Assembly (NCBI GenBank): GCA_036387195.1 | Contig: DASVUF010000006.1 | Span: 294-64,293 of the forward strand | DNA length: 64,000 nucleotides | From: Pyrinomonadaceae bacterium | Lineage (GTDB): Bacteria > Acidobacteriota > Blastocatellia > Pyrinomonadales > Pyrinomonadaceae | Direction of reading: 5' to 3' | In this document: positions 34,047-44,239 of the stretch, in pieces | Layout of the letters: the number at the start of each line of letters is the position of its first letter | How positions within the stretch are numbered: the first letter of the stretch is position 1 | Program-made: the position numbers and the translations under genes | Notes under the pieces: model-generated | The model's input: only the letters and a program-made list of their open reading frames with translations | What the model was told of the DNA's origin: nothing | Database searches by the model: none

Positions 34047-35365
34047 GCCGGGCTCTCCGACGGCCGCGTCGCCTCGGCCGTCTCCGGTTCGCCGGCGGGC
34101 GCCGTCTCCGGTTCGAGCCGCCAGCTCGCGTCCACGAGGCAGCAGCCGTGCGTCGCGGGCGGCGCCTCGCCGGAGCCGAAGAAGTCGCCGTCGGTGACGG
34201 TCAGCTCGCAGGCGTCCTCCATCGCGTCCAGGTACTCGCCGTCCAGCATCAGACTGTACGTGATGCGGTAGGCCGCCGCCGGCAGCGGGAGGCGCGGGAC
34301 GCGGCAGACGAACGTCCCGCGCGGCGGGAGCGTCCCCCACTCGTCGCGCGTCAGACGGTTATGTTGCAGGAAGACCGGCGCGTCGAACTGCGTCTTCACG
34401 CACAGCCCCGCGATGACCCGCGGCGAGTGAAAGCCGGGCGACGCCTCGTAGCTGAGGCAGATGTCCACGTCCTGCCCCGAGGCGGCCACGTCGAGCGCCC
34501 GCCCCGCCGGGTCGCGCACCTCCACGGCGACGACGCGCACCTCGCCGCTGCCCGCGCGGTCCGTCCTGTCGCGCAGCGAGCGCCCGAGCGCGCGGCAGCT
34601 CGTCAGGTACCGCGCGACGGCCTCCGTCTGCGTGCCCGCGTAGACGACGCGCCCGTGCTCGAGCACCAGCCCGCGCCGGCAAAGGTTGCTGACCGCGGCC
34701 ATGTTGTGGCTGACGAAGAGGACGGTGCGCCCCTCCCGAGCCACGCTGCCCATCTTGCCGAGACACTTCTTCTGAAACTGCGCGTCGCCGACGGCCAGCA
34801 CCTCGTCAACTATCAGAATCTCGGGTTCGAGGTGCGCGGCCACGGCGAACGCGAGCCGCGTGTGCATGCCCGAGGAGTAGTGTTTGACGGGCGTGTCTAT
34901 GAACTTCTCCACCTCGGAGAAGGCGACTATCTCGTCGAACCGCCGCGTTATCTCCGCCCGCTTCATGCCGAGGATGGCGCCGTTGAGGAAGATGTTCTCG
35001 CGCCCCGAAAGCTCGGGGTGGAAGCCCGTCCCGACTTCGAGCAGGCTGCTCGCGCGCCCGTAAAGCTCGGCGCGCCCGGCCGTGGGCTCGGTGATGCGCG
35101 AGAGTATCTTGAGGAGCGTTGACTTGCCCGCGCCGTTGCGGCCGATGACGCCGACGACCTCGCCCGGCTGGACCTCGAAGCTCACGTCGCGCAGCGCCCA
35201 AAGCGTCGCGTCGCCGCCCTGGTCCCGGCGCCGCCTGAGCGCCGCGAGGGGCGAGCGCGCCGCGCCGGTGATGGCCTCGCGCAGAGTCGTCGGCCCCGCG
35301 CGCCGCGCGCCGAGACGATACTTCTTGCTGATGCCCTGGACGCGGATGATGGGGTTCATGGACAC
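34043..35365 (-). CDS. Wzt/TagH-type polysaccharide-export ABC transporter ATP-binding protein with a C-terminal extension
   Basis: Walker A 'GRNGAGKSTLLK', signature 'YSSGMHTRLAF', Walker B 'ILIVDEVLAVGD'. About 170 extra C-terminal residues. Confidence 0.88.
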   Translation of the reverse strand: MSMNPIIRVQGISKKYRLGARRAGPTTLREAITGAARSPLAALRRRRDQGGDATLWALRDVSFEVQPGEVVGVIGRNGAGKSTLLKILSRITEPTAGRAELYGRASSLLEVGTGFHPELSGRENIFLNGAILGMKRAEITRRFDEIVAFSEVEKFIDTPVKHYSSGMHTRLAFAVAAHLEPEILIVDEVLAVGDAQFQKKCLGKMGSVAREGRTVLFVSHNMAAVSNLCRRGLVLEHGRVVYAGTQTEAVARYLTSCRALGRSLRDRTDRAGSGEVRVVAVEVRDPAGRALDVAASGQDVDICLSYEASPGFHSPRVIAGLCVKTQFDAPVFLQHNRLTRDEWGTLPPRGTFVCRVPRLPLPAAAYRITYSLMLDGEYLDAMEDACELTVTDGDFFGSGEAPPATHGCCLVDASWRLEPETAPAGEPETAEATRPSESPA

Positions 35366-35389
35366 AATGGTAAGGCGCGGCCCGACGAT

Positions 35390-36544
35390 TCAGCCAGCGG
35401 ATAACTCTTCGCGAATGACGGCGTCAACGAGCGCCGCGCGCGACGCGAAGGTGTGGTCGCGCAGGGTTCGGCGCTGCCCGGCGGCGGCGATGTCCCGACG
35501 ACGCGACTCGTGCCCGAGCAGGTATTCCACCTTCTCGACGCACTCGTCCGTGTCGCGGTAGGCGACGACCTCGGCGTCCGGCTCGAAGAGTTCGCCGAGG
35601 TTCTCCTTCGCGTCCGTCAGCAGGCACGCGCCGACGCCGGTGGCCTCGAAGAGCCGCATGTTCGAGGCGCTGTGGGTCGAGATGTCAATGTGCGTGTTGA
35701 GGGCGACGCGGCCCGCGCGGAGTTGCCGGAACATGTCGAGGCCGAAGAGCGGCGGGCGTGCGCGGCGCGCGATACGGGCGTCAACCGAAGGCGGCGGCGA
35801 CCCCGCCGCGCCGCCGCGCAGGAGTCGCGCCGCGCGTCGCAGGCGCGAAGGCGGCGGCGGCCCGACCTCAGACCAGATTTGCAGTCCGGTCTCTTCGACG
35901 AGGCGCGTGAGCAGTTTCTCGCGGCCGAGGTGGAAGCGTTCGGACTTGACGAGCGAGCCGATGAAGACGAAGTCCGCGGCCGGCGCGTCCGCCCGCGCGC
36001 CGAGTTTTTCGAGCACGCGGGGCTCGAACGCGTGGTTGACGTGCCGGGCGCGGTGGCCCGCCCTGCGGAAGTGCGCGACCAGCTCGGGCACGCACGAGAG
36101 CACCACGTCCCACTCGCCGAAGACCGAGCCGTCGCCGTAGGGCGCGCCGCACCAGCCGAGCACGAGGCGGATGGAGGGGCACACTTCTCTCAGGCGGCGG
36201 AGGAACGCGGCGGTCACGGTCGAGTAGTCTGCGACGATGAGCACGTCGGGGCGGAAGTCTCCGACCTGCGCTTCCGCGATGTCGAAAAGCCAGCCGCCCT
36301 CGGCGAAGGCCAGCCCGCGCTCGGACGCCCACGCCTTCTGCAACGGCCCGGCGTTGATGATGAGGTCGCAGGTCTCGTAGCCCAGGCTCGACAGCTCTCG
36401 CGTCCAGAAGTCTGACGAGCCGAAGCAGTCGCCGATGAGCGCCGCGTGCTGCGAGGCGTAGGGCGCCCCCGCCAGGCCGGGGCGGCGCGCGTAGAACTGT
36501 TCGAGGTAGCTCGGATAGTAGACCCCGATCTTCAGCAGACGCAT
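35390..36544 (-). CDS. CgeB-like / GT1-family glycosyltransferase
   Basis: N-terminus 'MRLLKIGVYYPSYLEQFY', C-terminus 'NMRLFEATGVGACLLTDAKENLGELFEPDAEVVAYRDTDECVEKVEYLL...RRDIAAAGQRRTLRDHTF'. Confidence 0.6.
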   Translation of the reverse strand: MRLLKIGVYYPSYLEQFYARRPGLAGAPYASQHAALIGDCFGSSDFWTRELSSLGYETCDLIINAGPLQKAWASERGLAFAEGGWLFDIAEAQVGDFRPDVLIVADYSTVTAAFLRRLREVCPSIRLVLGWCGAPYGDGSVFGEWDVVLSCVPELVAHFRRAGHRARHVNHAFEPRVLEKLGARADAPAADFVFIGSLVKSERFHLGREKLLTRLVEETGLQIWSEVGPPPPSRLRRAARLLRGGAAGSPPPSVDARIARRARPPLFGLDMFRQLRAGRVALNTHIDISTHSASNMRLFEATGVGACLLTDAKENLGELFEPDAEVVAYRDTDECVEKVEYLLGHESRRRDIAAAGQRRTLRDHTFASRAALVDAVIREELSAG

Positions 36545-36569
36545 ACGGCCTGAACGCCCCCCGTGCTCG

Positions 36570-37064
36570 CTAAAGTTCCATGTGGTAGATGACGTTGCCG
36601 GTCTTCGCCTCGACGCCCGTCTGCACGAAGCCGAGCCGGCGCGCGCCGCGCGGCGAGACGTTGTCGGGGTGAATCTTCGCCATCAGGCGCGTCGCCCCCG
36701 ACAGGCGGCAGGTGAGCTTCGCCACGTCGAGCGCGATGCGCATGAAGGCGCGCCCGCGGCGCCTCGCGTCCACCAGCACGCCGAACGAGGGCACGTCGTA
36801 GCCTGCGTCCCACCCGCGCAGCATGAAGACGGCAGCGAGTTCGCCGCGCCAGAACATGCCGGAATATACGTCCCTGACTCGCGCGGCGAGGATGCGCGCG
36901 ATCTCCTCTTCGCCGGAGCCGAAGGCGTAGAAGAAGCGCGCGTACTCGGGCGGCTGCGCCCGCAGCAGGCCGGAAACCGCCGCGGCGTCTTCGACCCCGA
37001 GCGCACGAATCGTAAAGTCCGCATAGCCCGCCGAACTGTCCGCGTCCGTCATATGCATGTGCAT
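36570..37064 (-). CDS. GNAT-family N-acetyltransferase
   Basis: 164 aa. Acetyl-CoA motif A-like 'GVLVDARRRGRAFMRIALD'; 'PDNVSPRGARRLGFV'. Confidence 0.65.
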   Translation of the reverse strand: MHMHMTDADSSAGYADFTIRALGVEDAAAVSGLLRAQPPEYARFFYAFGSGEEEIARILAARVRDVYSGMFWRGELAAVFMLRGWDAGYDVPSFGVLVDARRRGRAFMRIALDVAKLTCRLSGATRLMAKIHPDNVSPRGARRLGFVQTGVEAKTGNVIYHMEL

Positions 37065-37167
37065 TCCGAGAGTTTACTTTTCGGGCCACTTATAACACTA
37101 TTCTCTCACTTCAGGGCTATTTTATCGCGGCGGCGCGGAACCCGGCGGGCCACCGAAAGGGTGTTTC

Positions 37168-39948
37168 GTGATTGGTCAGAGAGTCGAACGAGGGGCTGGT
37201 GAAGGTGAGCGCGGCGCCGCGGAGCGTTTCGCTTACGCGACCCTCGACGCGCTCTCCGAGCACGTGGCCGTGCTCGACGCGCGGGGCGCCATCCTCGCCG
37301 TCAACCGTGCGTGGCGCGATTTCGCCGTCGCCAACTCGCCGACCCCGGCGGGGCTGAGCGAAGGGGCGAACTACTTCGCCGCCTGCGCGAGCGCGACCGG
37401 CGAGGGCGCGGAGTACGCCGCCAGCTTCGCCGCGGGGCTCCGCGCCGTCATCGGGGGCGAGTCGGAAGAGTACGCGCTCGAATATCCCTGCCACTCGCCC
37501 GCCCAAAAGCGTTGGTTCATCGCCCGGGCGAAGCGGTTCGAGTTCGAGGGCGAGGCCCGCGCGGTCGTCACGCACGCGAACGTCACGGCGCGCAGGCTGG
37601 CCGAGGAGGAGCGCGAGCGGCTGATGCGCTCCCTCGAAACGGAGAGGGCGCGGCTGGCCTACCTCTTCGCGCACGCCCCGTCCTTCGTCGCCGTCCTGCG
37701 CGGCCCCCAGCACGTCTTCGAGTTCGCCAACCCGCCTTACCTAGAACTGATCGGAGGCCGCGACGTGTCGGGCAAGCCCGTACGCGCGGCGCTGCCGGAA
37801 ATCGAGGGGCAGGGCTACTTCGAACAGCTCGACGAGGTCTTGCGGACGGGCCGCCCGCACGCCGGCCGCGGCGTCCGCGTCCTGCTCAGGCGCGAGTCGG
37901 GGCTGGAGGACGAGCGCTTCCTCGACTTCGTCTACCAGCCGATGTTCGACCCGGACGGGGGCGTCTCCGGCGTCTTCGTGCACGGCGTGGACGTGACCGA
38001 GCACAAGCGCGCCGAGGCCAGGGCGCGCGCCTCCGAGGAGCGATACCGGACGCTCTTCACCTCCATAGACGAGGGCTTCTGCGTCGCCGAGGTGCTCTTC
38101 GACGCTTCGGGGCGCGGCGTTGACCACCGCCACATCGAGGTCAACCCGTCGTTCGAGAAGCTGACGGGCGTCGCCGCCGAGGCCGCGCTCTCGGGCAGGA
38201 CGGTCCGCGAGTTGGTGCCGAACATCGAGCCGCACTGGTCGGAGACTTTCGGGCGTGTCTCGAAGACGGGCGAGCCCGAGCGGTTCATCAGCGGGTCGGA
38301 GGCGCTCGGGCGCTGGTTCGACGTCTACGCCTTCCGCGTCGGGAGCCCGGAGGAGCGCAGGGTCGCCATCCTCTTCAACAACATCACCGACCGCAGGCGG
38401 GCCGAGGAGCGGCTGCGCGAGAGCGAGGAGCGGCTGCGCGCCATCTTCGAGGCGTCGCGCGACGGCATCCTCGTCGAGCACGGGGAGCGCGCCGTCTACG
38501 TCAACGACTCTTACGCGCGCATGTTCGGGTACGAGGGCCCCTGGGAACTGCTCGGCGAACACGTCTCCAACGTCGTGGCCCCCGAGGACGCCGGGCGCCT
38601 GCTGGACTACGCGCGGAGGCGGCTGCGCGGCGAGCCCGCGCCCGTGGCCTACGAGTTCAGGGGGAGGCGCAGGGACGGGACGCCCGTCGAAGTCGAGGCC
38701 TCCGTCTCGACCCACGCGGTGGCGGGCAAGACCTACATCACGACGGCCGTCCGCGACATCTCAGAGCGCAAGCACGCGGAGGAGGCGCTCAGGCAGAGCG
38801 AGCGCAAGTACCGCCTGCTGTTGGAGCAAGCCTCCGACGGCATCCACACCTACGACCTGCGCGGGGAGATTATCGAGGCGAACACGAAGTTCTGCGAGAT
38901 GCTCGGCTACACGCGCGGGGAACTCCTGCGCCTTAACGTCGCCGACCTCATCGCGCCCGAAGACCTCGCCGCCGCCCCGGTGCAATTCGACGAGTTGCGG
39001 TCCGGGCGGACGCTGCTGACCGAGCGGCTCCTGCGCCGCAGGGACGGCGCGCTCCTGCCCGTCGAGATTAGCGGGCGGATGATAGGCGAAGGGGTGTTTC
39101 AGTCCATCGTCCGCGACATCAGCGAGCGCAGGAGCGCCGAGGACGCGCTGCACGAGGCTTACGGCGAGTTGGAGAGGCGCGTCGAGGAGCGCACCGCCGA
39201 ACTCGCGCGCGCCATCGAGACGCTGAAGGCCGAGAACGTCGAGCGCCTGCGGGCCGAGGAGGCGCGGCGCGACCTGCTGGGCCGCCTCGTGACCGCGCAG
39301 GAGGAGGAGCGCCGCCGCATCTCGCGCGAGCTGCACGACCAGATGGGGCAGCAGCTCGCGGCGCTCATGATGGGGCTCAAGACGCTCGGCGTCGAGTCCT
39401 ACGGGCGCCGCTCCTCCCTCGACACGCTGAGACAGTTGGAGGCAATAACCGACGAGCTGTCGCGCGAAGTGCACACGCTCGCCTGGGGGCTGCGGCCGCC
39501 GGCGCTCGACGACCTGGGGCTGGAGGCGGCGCTCGCCAATTACGCGGAGGAGTGGGCGGAGCGCTCGCGCGTGTCGGTGGACTTCCACAGCGCGGGCTTC
39601 GCGGGCGGCCGCCTGCCGCTCACACACGAGACGGCCGTGTACCGCATCGCGCAGGAGGTGCTGACGAACGTCGCCAAACATTCGGGGGCCGACCGCGTGA
39701 GCTTCATCCTCGAACGGCGCAGTGACCACGTCCTCGCCGTCATCGAGGACAACGGCGGCGGGTTCGACGCCGAGGCGGCGCTGTCGCCGGCGGGCCGGGG
39801 GCGCCGGCTGGGGCTGCTCGGGATGCGCGAGCGCGCGGCGCTGCTCGGCGGGACGATAAACTTCGAGTCGGCCCCCGGCGCCGGCGCGACCGTCTTCGTG
39901 CGCATCCCCTTCGACGCGGGCGGCGGGCGGGAAGGCGGGGCGGCGTGA
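37168..39948 (+). CDS. Multi-PAS sensor histidine kinase (HisKA_3 / NarL-partner type)
   Basis: Repeated PAS segments, each ending '...RDISERK/R..AEEAL'. Phospho-acceptor 'ISRELHDQMGQQLAAL'. HATPase 'EVLTNVAKHSGA', 'IEDNGGGFD', 'GLLGMRERAALLGG'. Confidence 0.92.
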   Translation: MIGQRVERGAGEGERGAAERFAYATLDALSEHVAVLDARGAILAVNRAWRDFAVANSPTPAGLSEGANYFAACASATGEGAEYAASFAAGLRAVIGGESEEYALEYPCHSPAQKRWFIARAKRFEFEGEARAVVTHANVTARRLAEEERERLMRSLETERARLAYLFAHAPSFVAVLRGPQHVFEFANPPYLELIGGRDVSGKPVRAALPEIEGQGYFEQLDEVLRTGRPHAGRGVRVLLRRESGLEDERFLDFVYQPMFDPDGGVSGVFVHGVDVTEHKRAEARARASEERYRTLFTSIDEGFCVAEVLFDASGRGVDHRHIEVNPSFEKLTGVAAEAALSGRTVRELVPNIEPHWSETFGRVSKTGEPERFISGSEALGRWFDVYAFRVGSPEERRVAILFNNITDRRRAEERLRESEERLRAIFEASRDGILVEHGERAVYVNDSYARMFGYEGPWELLGEHVSNVVAPEDAGRLLDYARRRLRGEPAPVAYEFRGRRRDGTPVEVEASVSTHAVAGKTYITTAVRDISERKHAEEALRQSERKYRLLLEQASDGIHTYDLRGEIIEANTKFCEMLGYTRGELLRLNVADLIAPEDLAAAPVQFDELRSGRTLLTERLLRRRDGALLPVEISGRMIGEGVFQSIVRDISERRSAEDALHEAYGELERRVEERTAELARAIETLKAENVERLRAEEARRDLLGRLVTAQEEERRRISRELHDQMGQQLAALMMGLKTLGVESYGRRSSLDTLRQLEAITDELSREVHTLAWGLRPPALDDLGLEAALANYAEEWAERSRVSVDFHSAGFAGGRLPLTHETAVYRIAQEVLTNVAKHSGADRVSFILERRSDHVLAVIEDNGGGFDAEAALSPAGRGRRLGLLGMRERAALLGGTINFESAPGAGATVFVRIPFDAGGGREGGAA

Positions 39949-40598
39949 GTAAACTTCGCGTCTTCCTGGCCGACGACCACATGGTCGTGCGCGAGGGGCT
40001 GAAGACCCTCGTCAACGCCCAGCCGGACATGCACGTCGTCGGCGAGGCCGATAACGGCGACGCGGCCTGGCGCGCGGCGTGCGAACTGGCCGCCGACGTG
40101 GTGGTGATGGACGTGTCCATGCCGGGGATGGGCGGGGCCGAGGCGACCGAGCGGCTGAGGGGCGAGCGCCCGCGTGTGAAGGTGCTGGCGCTCACCGTCT
40201 ACGAGGACAAAAGCTACCTGCGCCAGATGCTCGACGCGGGCGCCGCGGGCTACGTCCTCAAGCGCGCCGTGACGGACGAACTGGTGCGCGCCATCCGCAC
40301 GGTGGCCGCGGGCGGCTCCTACGTGGACCCGACGCTGGCCGGGAGCCTCGTCAGCAGCTTCTTCAACCAGGAGACGGCCGAGGGGCGCGCGCCGTCGGGC
40401 GAGCTGAGCGAGCGCGAATCGCAGGTCCTGCGCCTCATCGCCTGGGGCTACAGCAACAAGGAGATCGGCTGGAAGCTCGACATCAGCGCCAAGACCGTGG
40501 ACACCTACAAGCTCCGCCTGATGGAAAAGCTCAACCTCCGCAGCCGAACCGACATCGTCCGCTACGCCGTACGCCGGGGGCTGCTCCAGGAAGAGTGA
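39945..40598 (+). CDS. NarL/LuxR-family response regulator
   Basis: REC 'LRVFLADDHMVVREGL...VVVMDVSMPGMGG'. HTH 'LSERESQVLRLIAWGYSNKEIGWKLDISAKTVDTYKLRLMEKL'. GTGA start/stop overlap with the kinase. Confidence 0.95.
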   Translation: MSKLRVFLADDHMVVREGLKTLVNAQPDMHVVGEADNGDAAWRAACELAADVVVMDVSMPGMGGAEATERLRGERPRVKVLALTVYEDKSYLRQMLDAGAAGYVLKRAVTDELVRAIRTVAAGGSYVDPTLAGSLVSSFFNQETAEGRAPSGELSERESQVLRLIAWGYSNKEIGWKLDISAKTVDTYKLRLMEKLNLRSRTDIVRYAVRRGLLQEE

Positions 40599-41109
40599 CG
40601 CCTCCCGCGCGTCCGCCCGCCTGCAAACTTCCGACCCGGGAATCACACGCAGTCTTCACGTGTATGTGCGCCGCTGCACATATTGCGTCGGTATTTTCCC
40701 GACACGCCTTCCGACCTTCCTGACGCGGGAAAGCGTCCCCGCGGTATTAGAATGATTACGTTCCCAAAGTAAATTCGCTCTTCCCCCTGCGAGTTTTAGT
40801 CCGCTTCGGCCCCGGCAGGCGAGCGACCGCGCCGAGCCGTCCGCGGACGCACGAGAGCCGGGGAGGTCAGCGTTTCGGCCGGCCGCGGGCAATCCGTGCG
40901 GGCCGCGGCGCCCGTACCTCACCCGGCCACAGACAACTTATACGGTGGGGCGCGCGGCCGGCGGCGGCAAGCGTCGGCCGCGCGCCCCTTCCGAAAGGGC
41001 GCGCGCTTCGCGCCTCCGAACAAGGATTACCGCGCCGGGCGGAGTCAGGCTCCCGGCCCTGGCGGGCGCGGTGGGTTAACCGGGAATCACAGGGAGAAGA
41101 AGGAAAGCC

Positions 41110-42792
41110 ATGCGAAAATTTAGAAGACCGCTGTCACTCGTCGCCGCGCTGGGGCTCCTGGCCGCGGCTTTCAGCGCCGTCCCGGGCCTGCTGCCGGCCG
41201 CCGAGGCGTCGAGCCACCGTGAGGCGCCGCTGATCGCGCTCGACCAGTACGCGGACAACACGGACGTCTACGCGTTCGTCAGCCCCGACCGGGCGAACTC
41301 CGTCACGGTCATCGCCAACTACATCCCGCTCGAAGAGCCGTCGAACGGGCCGAACTTCTACCGTTTCGACGACAACGTGCTCTACCAGGTCAGGTTCGAC
41401 AACAACGGCGACGCCAGGGTTGACCTCGTCCTGGAGTTCCGCTTCAACACCGTCGTCGGCAACGGCGACACGTTCCTGTATAACGGCGACTTCGACAACA
41501 ACGGCGAGGGGACCATCAACAACCTCTCCGACCCGGACTGGAACGTCAAGCAGTTCATGAGCGTGACGGCGCGCATCCGGCAGGGCGACCCGAACAACCC
41601 GACCTTCACGACCTTCAACCTCGGCACGAACCTGCCGACCCCGCCCGTCAACATCGGGCCGCGCTCGACGCCGAACTACGAGACGAACCTCGCCGAGGCC
41701 TCCATCAGCACCGTCCCGACCGGCGCGGGCGACATCAGGCTCTTCGCCGGCCAGCGCGACGACCCGTTCTTCATCGACACCGGCTCGGCCTTCGACCTGG
41801 TCGGCCTGCGGCCGTTCAACTCGGCGCACGCGGCGCCGCTCCCGAACTCCAACGGGGTGGACACGCTGGCCGGCTACAGCGTCCATTCCATCTCCATCCA
41901 GATTCCGACGCAGCTCCTGACCGCCACGGGCGCGCTCCCGTCGGGGCCGTCCGACCCGAACGCCATCATCGGCGTCTACGCCACGGCCAGCCGCCCCTCG
42001 ACGCGCGTGCTCAACACCAACGGCACGCAGACGCAGACGGGCAACTGCGCCAACGGGCAGGGCATACCGGGCGCCGACGCGGCCTGCGTGCAGGTCTCGC
42101 GCCTCGCCAACCCGCTCGTCAACGAGCTGTTCATCCCGAGGGGCACGTCGCCCACCGTCTCCGAGAACGACAAGGACCTCTACAACGCGCAGCTCCCGGC
42201 CACCGACATTAACCGCGACGTGTACGTGCGCGGCTCGAACGCGCGGCCCGTCGAGCCCGTCAAGCTCATCAACCAGCTCTACCCGGCGCTCCTCGACGCC
42301 CCGACCAGCGGGCGCAACGACCTCGTGCGGGTCTTCCTGACGGGCGTGCCCGGCGCGACCCGCCCGCCCGTGCAGAACGACCCAGCCGACCCCGAAGCGG
42401 GGCCGGGCGCCGTCCCGTCCGACCTGATGCGGCTGAACGTGGCCGTCCCGGCGACCGCGTTCGGGTCGCAGAACCGGCTCGGCGTCATCGGCGGCGACCT
42501 GGCCGGCTTCCCCAACGGCCGCCGCCCCGCCGACGACGTGGTTGACATCGAGCTGCGCGTGCTGGCCGGCGTGCTGCTGCCGGGCAACGCCTGCGCGGGC
42601 GGCACGGCGAACTGCAACCAGTCGCCGAACAACCAGCTCGGCGACGGCGTCAACGAGACCGACCGCCCGTTCCGCACGTCGTTCCCGTACCTGGGCACGC
42701 CCCAGAGCGGCTACGAGAACCCGTACCACGGCCGCACCGCTTCGGCCGACACGACGACGCCGGGGCCGACGCCCGCGCCGCCGAGGCCGTAG
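41110..42792 (+). CDS. Secreted DUF4331-family protein
   Basis: A signal peptide is followed by 'SSHREAPLIALDQYADNTDVYAFVSPD', the hallmark start of DUF4331 as I recall it. GAGAAGAAGGAAAG lies upstream of the ATG. Confidence 0.75.
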   Translation: MRKFRRPLSLVAALGLLAAAFSAVPGLLPAAEASSHREAPLIALDQYADNTDVYAFVSPDRANSVTVIANYIPLEEPSNGPNFYRFDDNVLYQVRFDNNGDARVDLVLEFRFNTVVGNGDTFLYNGDFDNNGEGTINNLSDPDWNVKQFMSVTARIRQGDPNNPTFTTFNLGTNLPTPPVNIGPRSTPNYETNLAEASISTVPTGAGDIRLFAGQRDDPFFIDTGSAFDLVGLRPFNSAHAAPLPNSNGVDTLAGYSVHSISIQIPTQLLTATGALPSGPSDPNAIIGVYATASRPSTRVLNTNGTQTQTGNCANGQGIPGADAACVQVSRLANPLVNELFIPRGTSPTVSENDKDLYNAQLPATDINRDVYVRGSNARPVEPVKLINQLYPALLDAPTSGRNDLVRVFLTGVPGATRPPVQNDPADPEAGPGAVPSDLMRLNVAVPATAFGSQNRLGVIGGDLAGFPNGRRPADDVVDIELRVLAGVLLPGNACAGGTANCNQSPNNQLGDGVNETDRPFRTSFPYLGTPQSGYENPYHGRTASADTTTPGPTPAPPRP

Positions 42793-42888
42793 CGGCGGGC
42801 CCGGGCCGGACGAAAGCAAACCATCAACCGGCGGGGGCGCGCGGCAGTGTCGCGCGCCCCCGTCAAGACGCTTCAAGCGGGAAGAACC

Positions 42889-44190
42889 ATGGTCAGAAAA
42901 TCCTCGCTCGTCGTCGCCGCCGCGCTCTGCGCGCTGGCCGTGTCCTGCGCGCGGCCGCCCGCGGAGGGCGATTTAGACACGCTGCTGATGCCCCTCGCCG
43001 GCGAGGCGGAGTCCGGGAGCCTGTCAGACCGGCAACTGCGCGCGGCGCGCGCCCTCGTCCGGAGCAGCCCTTCGGACCCGAAGGGCTTCAACCTGCTCGC
43101 CGCCGCCTACATGCAGAAGGCGCGCGAGGCCGGAGACTTCGGGCTCAACTCGAAGGCCATGGAGGCGCTCGACCGCTCCCTCAAGGTCGCGCCCGACAAC
43201 TACGACGCGCTCAAGCTGCGCGCCAAGCTTCTGCTCACCTTCCACCGCTTCGAGGAGGGGCTCGAAGCGGCGCGCCGCGCCCAGGCGCTCAACCCGCATG
43301 ACCACGACGTCTACGGCGCGATGACCGACGCGCTCGTCGAGCTGGGCGAGTACACGGCGGCGGTCGAGGCCGCGCAGCGGATGGTGGACCTGCGGCCCGA
43401 CACGTCCTCCTACGCGCGCGTCTCCTACCTACGCTGGCTGCACGGCGACGCCGGGGGCGCCGTCGAGGCCATGCGCGTGGCCGCCACGTCGGCGAGCCCG
43501 CAGGACGCGGAGAGGGTCGCCTGGTGCTACGTCCAGCTCGGCGACGCGCTGTCGCACGCGGGCAAGGCGGCCGAGGCCGAGCGCGAGTTCGACCGCGCCC
43601 TCTTCGTCTTTCCCGGCTACGGCGCGGCGCTCTCGGCGAAGGCGCGCGCGCGCCTGCGCGCCGGCGACCTCGAAGGCGCGCTCGAAATCTACCGGCGCGA
43701 GCAGGAGGCCGCCCCTTCGGCCGACACGGCGCTCGCCCTCGGCGACCTCTACGCGAAGCTCGGCCGCGCCGACGAGGCGCAGAAGCATTACGCGGCCTTC
43801 GAGTCCCTGGAGCCCGCGAACGCCGCCGCCGAGAACGACATGCACCACCTCGTCGCCTACTGGACAGACCACGACAAGAATCTGGACGAGGCGCTGGCGC
43901 TCGCGCGCAGGGAGAGGGGGCGCCGCAAAGACGTCTACACCTGCGACACGCTGGCCTGGGCGCTCTACAAGAAGGGGCTGCACGCCGAGGCGAAGGCGGC
44001 GTCCGACGAGGCGCTGCGCCTCGGCACGCGCGACCCGCGCCTGCTCTACCACGCGGGGATGATCGCCTACGCGCTCGGCGAGCGCGGGCGCGGCGCGGAC
44101 TACCTGCGGCAGGCGCTCGACATCAACCCGGCCTTCGACGTTCTACAGGCGGACGTCGCCCGGCGGACGCTCGGCGGCCGTCCCGCTTGA
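42889..44190 (+). CDS. TPR-repeat lipoprotein
   Basis: Lipobox-like 'ALAVSC'. Multiple 34-aa TPR-like repeats (A..Y..AL.L.P....A). The ORF track starts at GTG 42847; I prefer ATG 42889. Confidence 0.7.
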   Translation: MVRKSSLVVAAALCALAVSCARPPAEGDLDTLLMPLAGEAESGSLSDRQLRAARALVRSSPSDPKGFNLLAAAYMQKAREAGDFGLNSKAMEALDRSLKVAPDNYDALKLRAKLLLTFHRFEEGLEAARRAQALNPHDHDVYGAMTDALVELGEYTAAVEAAQRMVDLRPDTSSYARVSYLRWLHGDAGGAVEAMRVAATSASPQDAERVAWCYVQLGDALSHAGKAAEAEREFDRALFVFPGYGAALSAKARARLRAGDLEGALEIYRREQEAAPSADTALALGDLYAKLGRADEAQKHYAAFESLEPANAAAENDMHHLVAYWTDHDKNLDEALALARRERGRRKDVYTCDTLAWALYKKGLHAEAKAASDEALRLGTRDPRLLYHAGMIAYALGERGRGADYLRQALDINPAFDVLQADVARRTLGGRPA

Positions 44191-44239
44191 AAGGCGCCGC
44201 GCCGCGAAGCGCGCCCGCCGCCGAAAGGGGTTAGTTATC

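Noticed and set aside
41134-42876. A 580-aa minus-strand ORF opposite the DUF4331 gene. Similar shadow ORFs lie opposite the ABC/GT genes (34148-35122, 35453-36415), the kinase (37741-38715, 38761-39729), the TonB receptor (46577-48181) and AsnB (49021-50157).
   Set aside because: The same high-GC shadow-ORF pattern applies. The partner strand carries the signal peptide or catalytic motifs.
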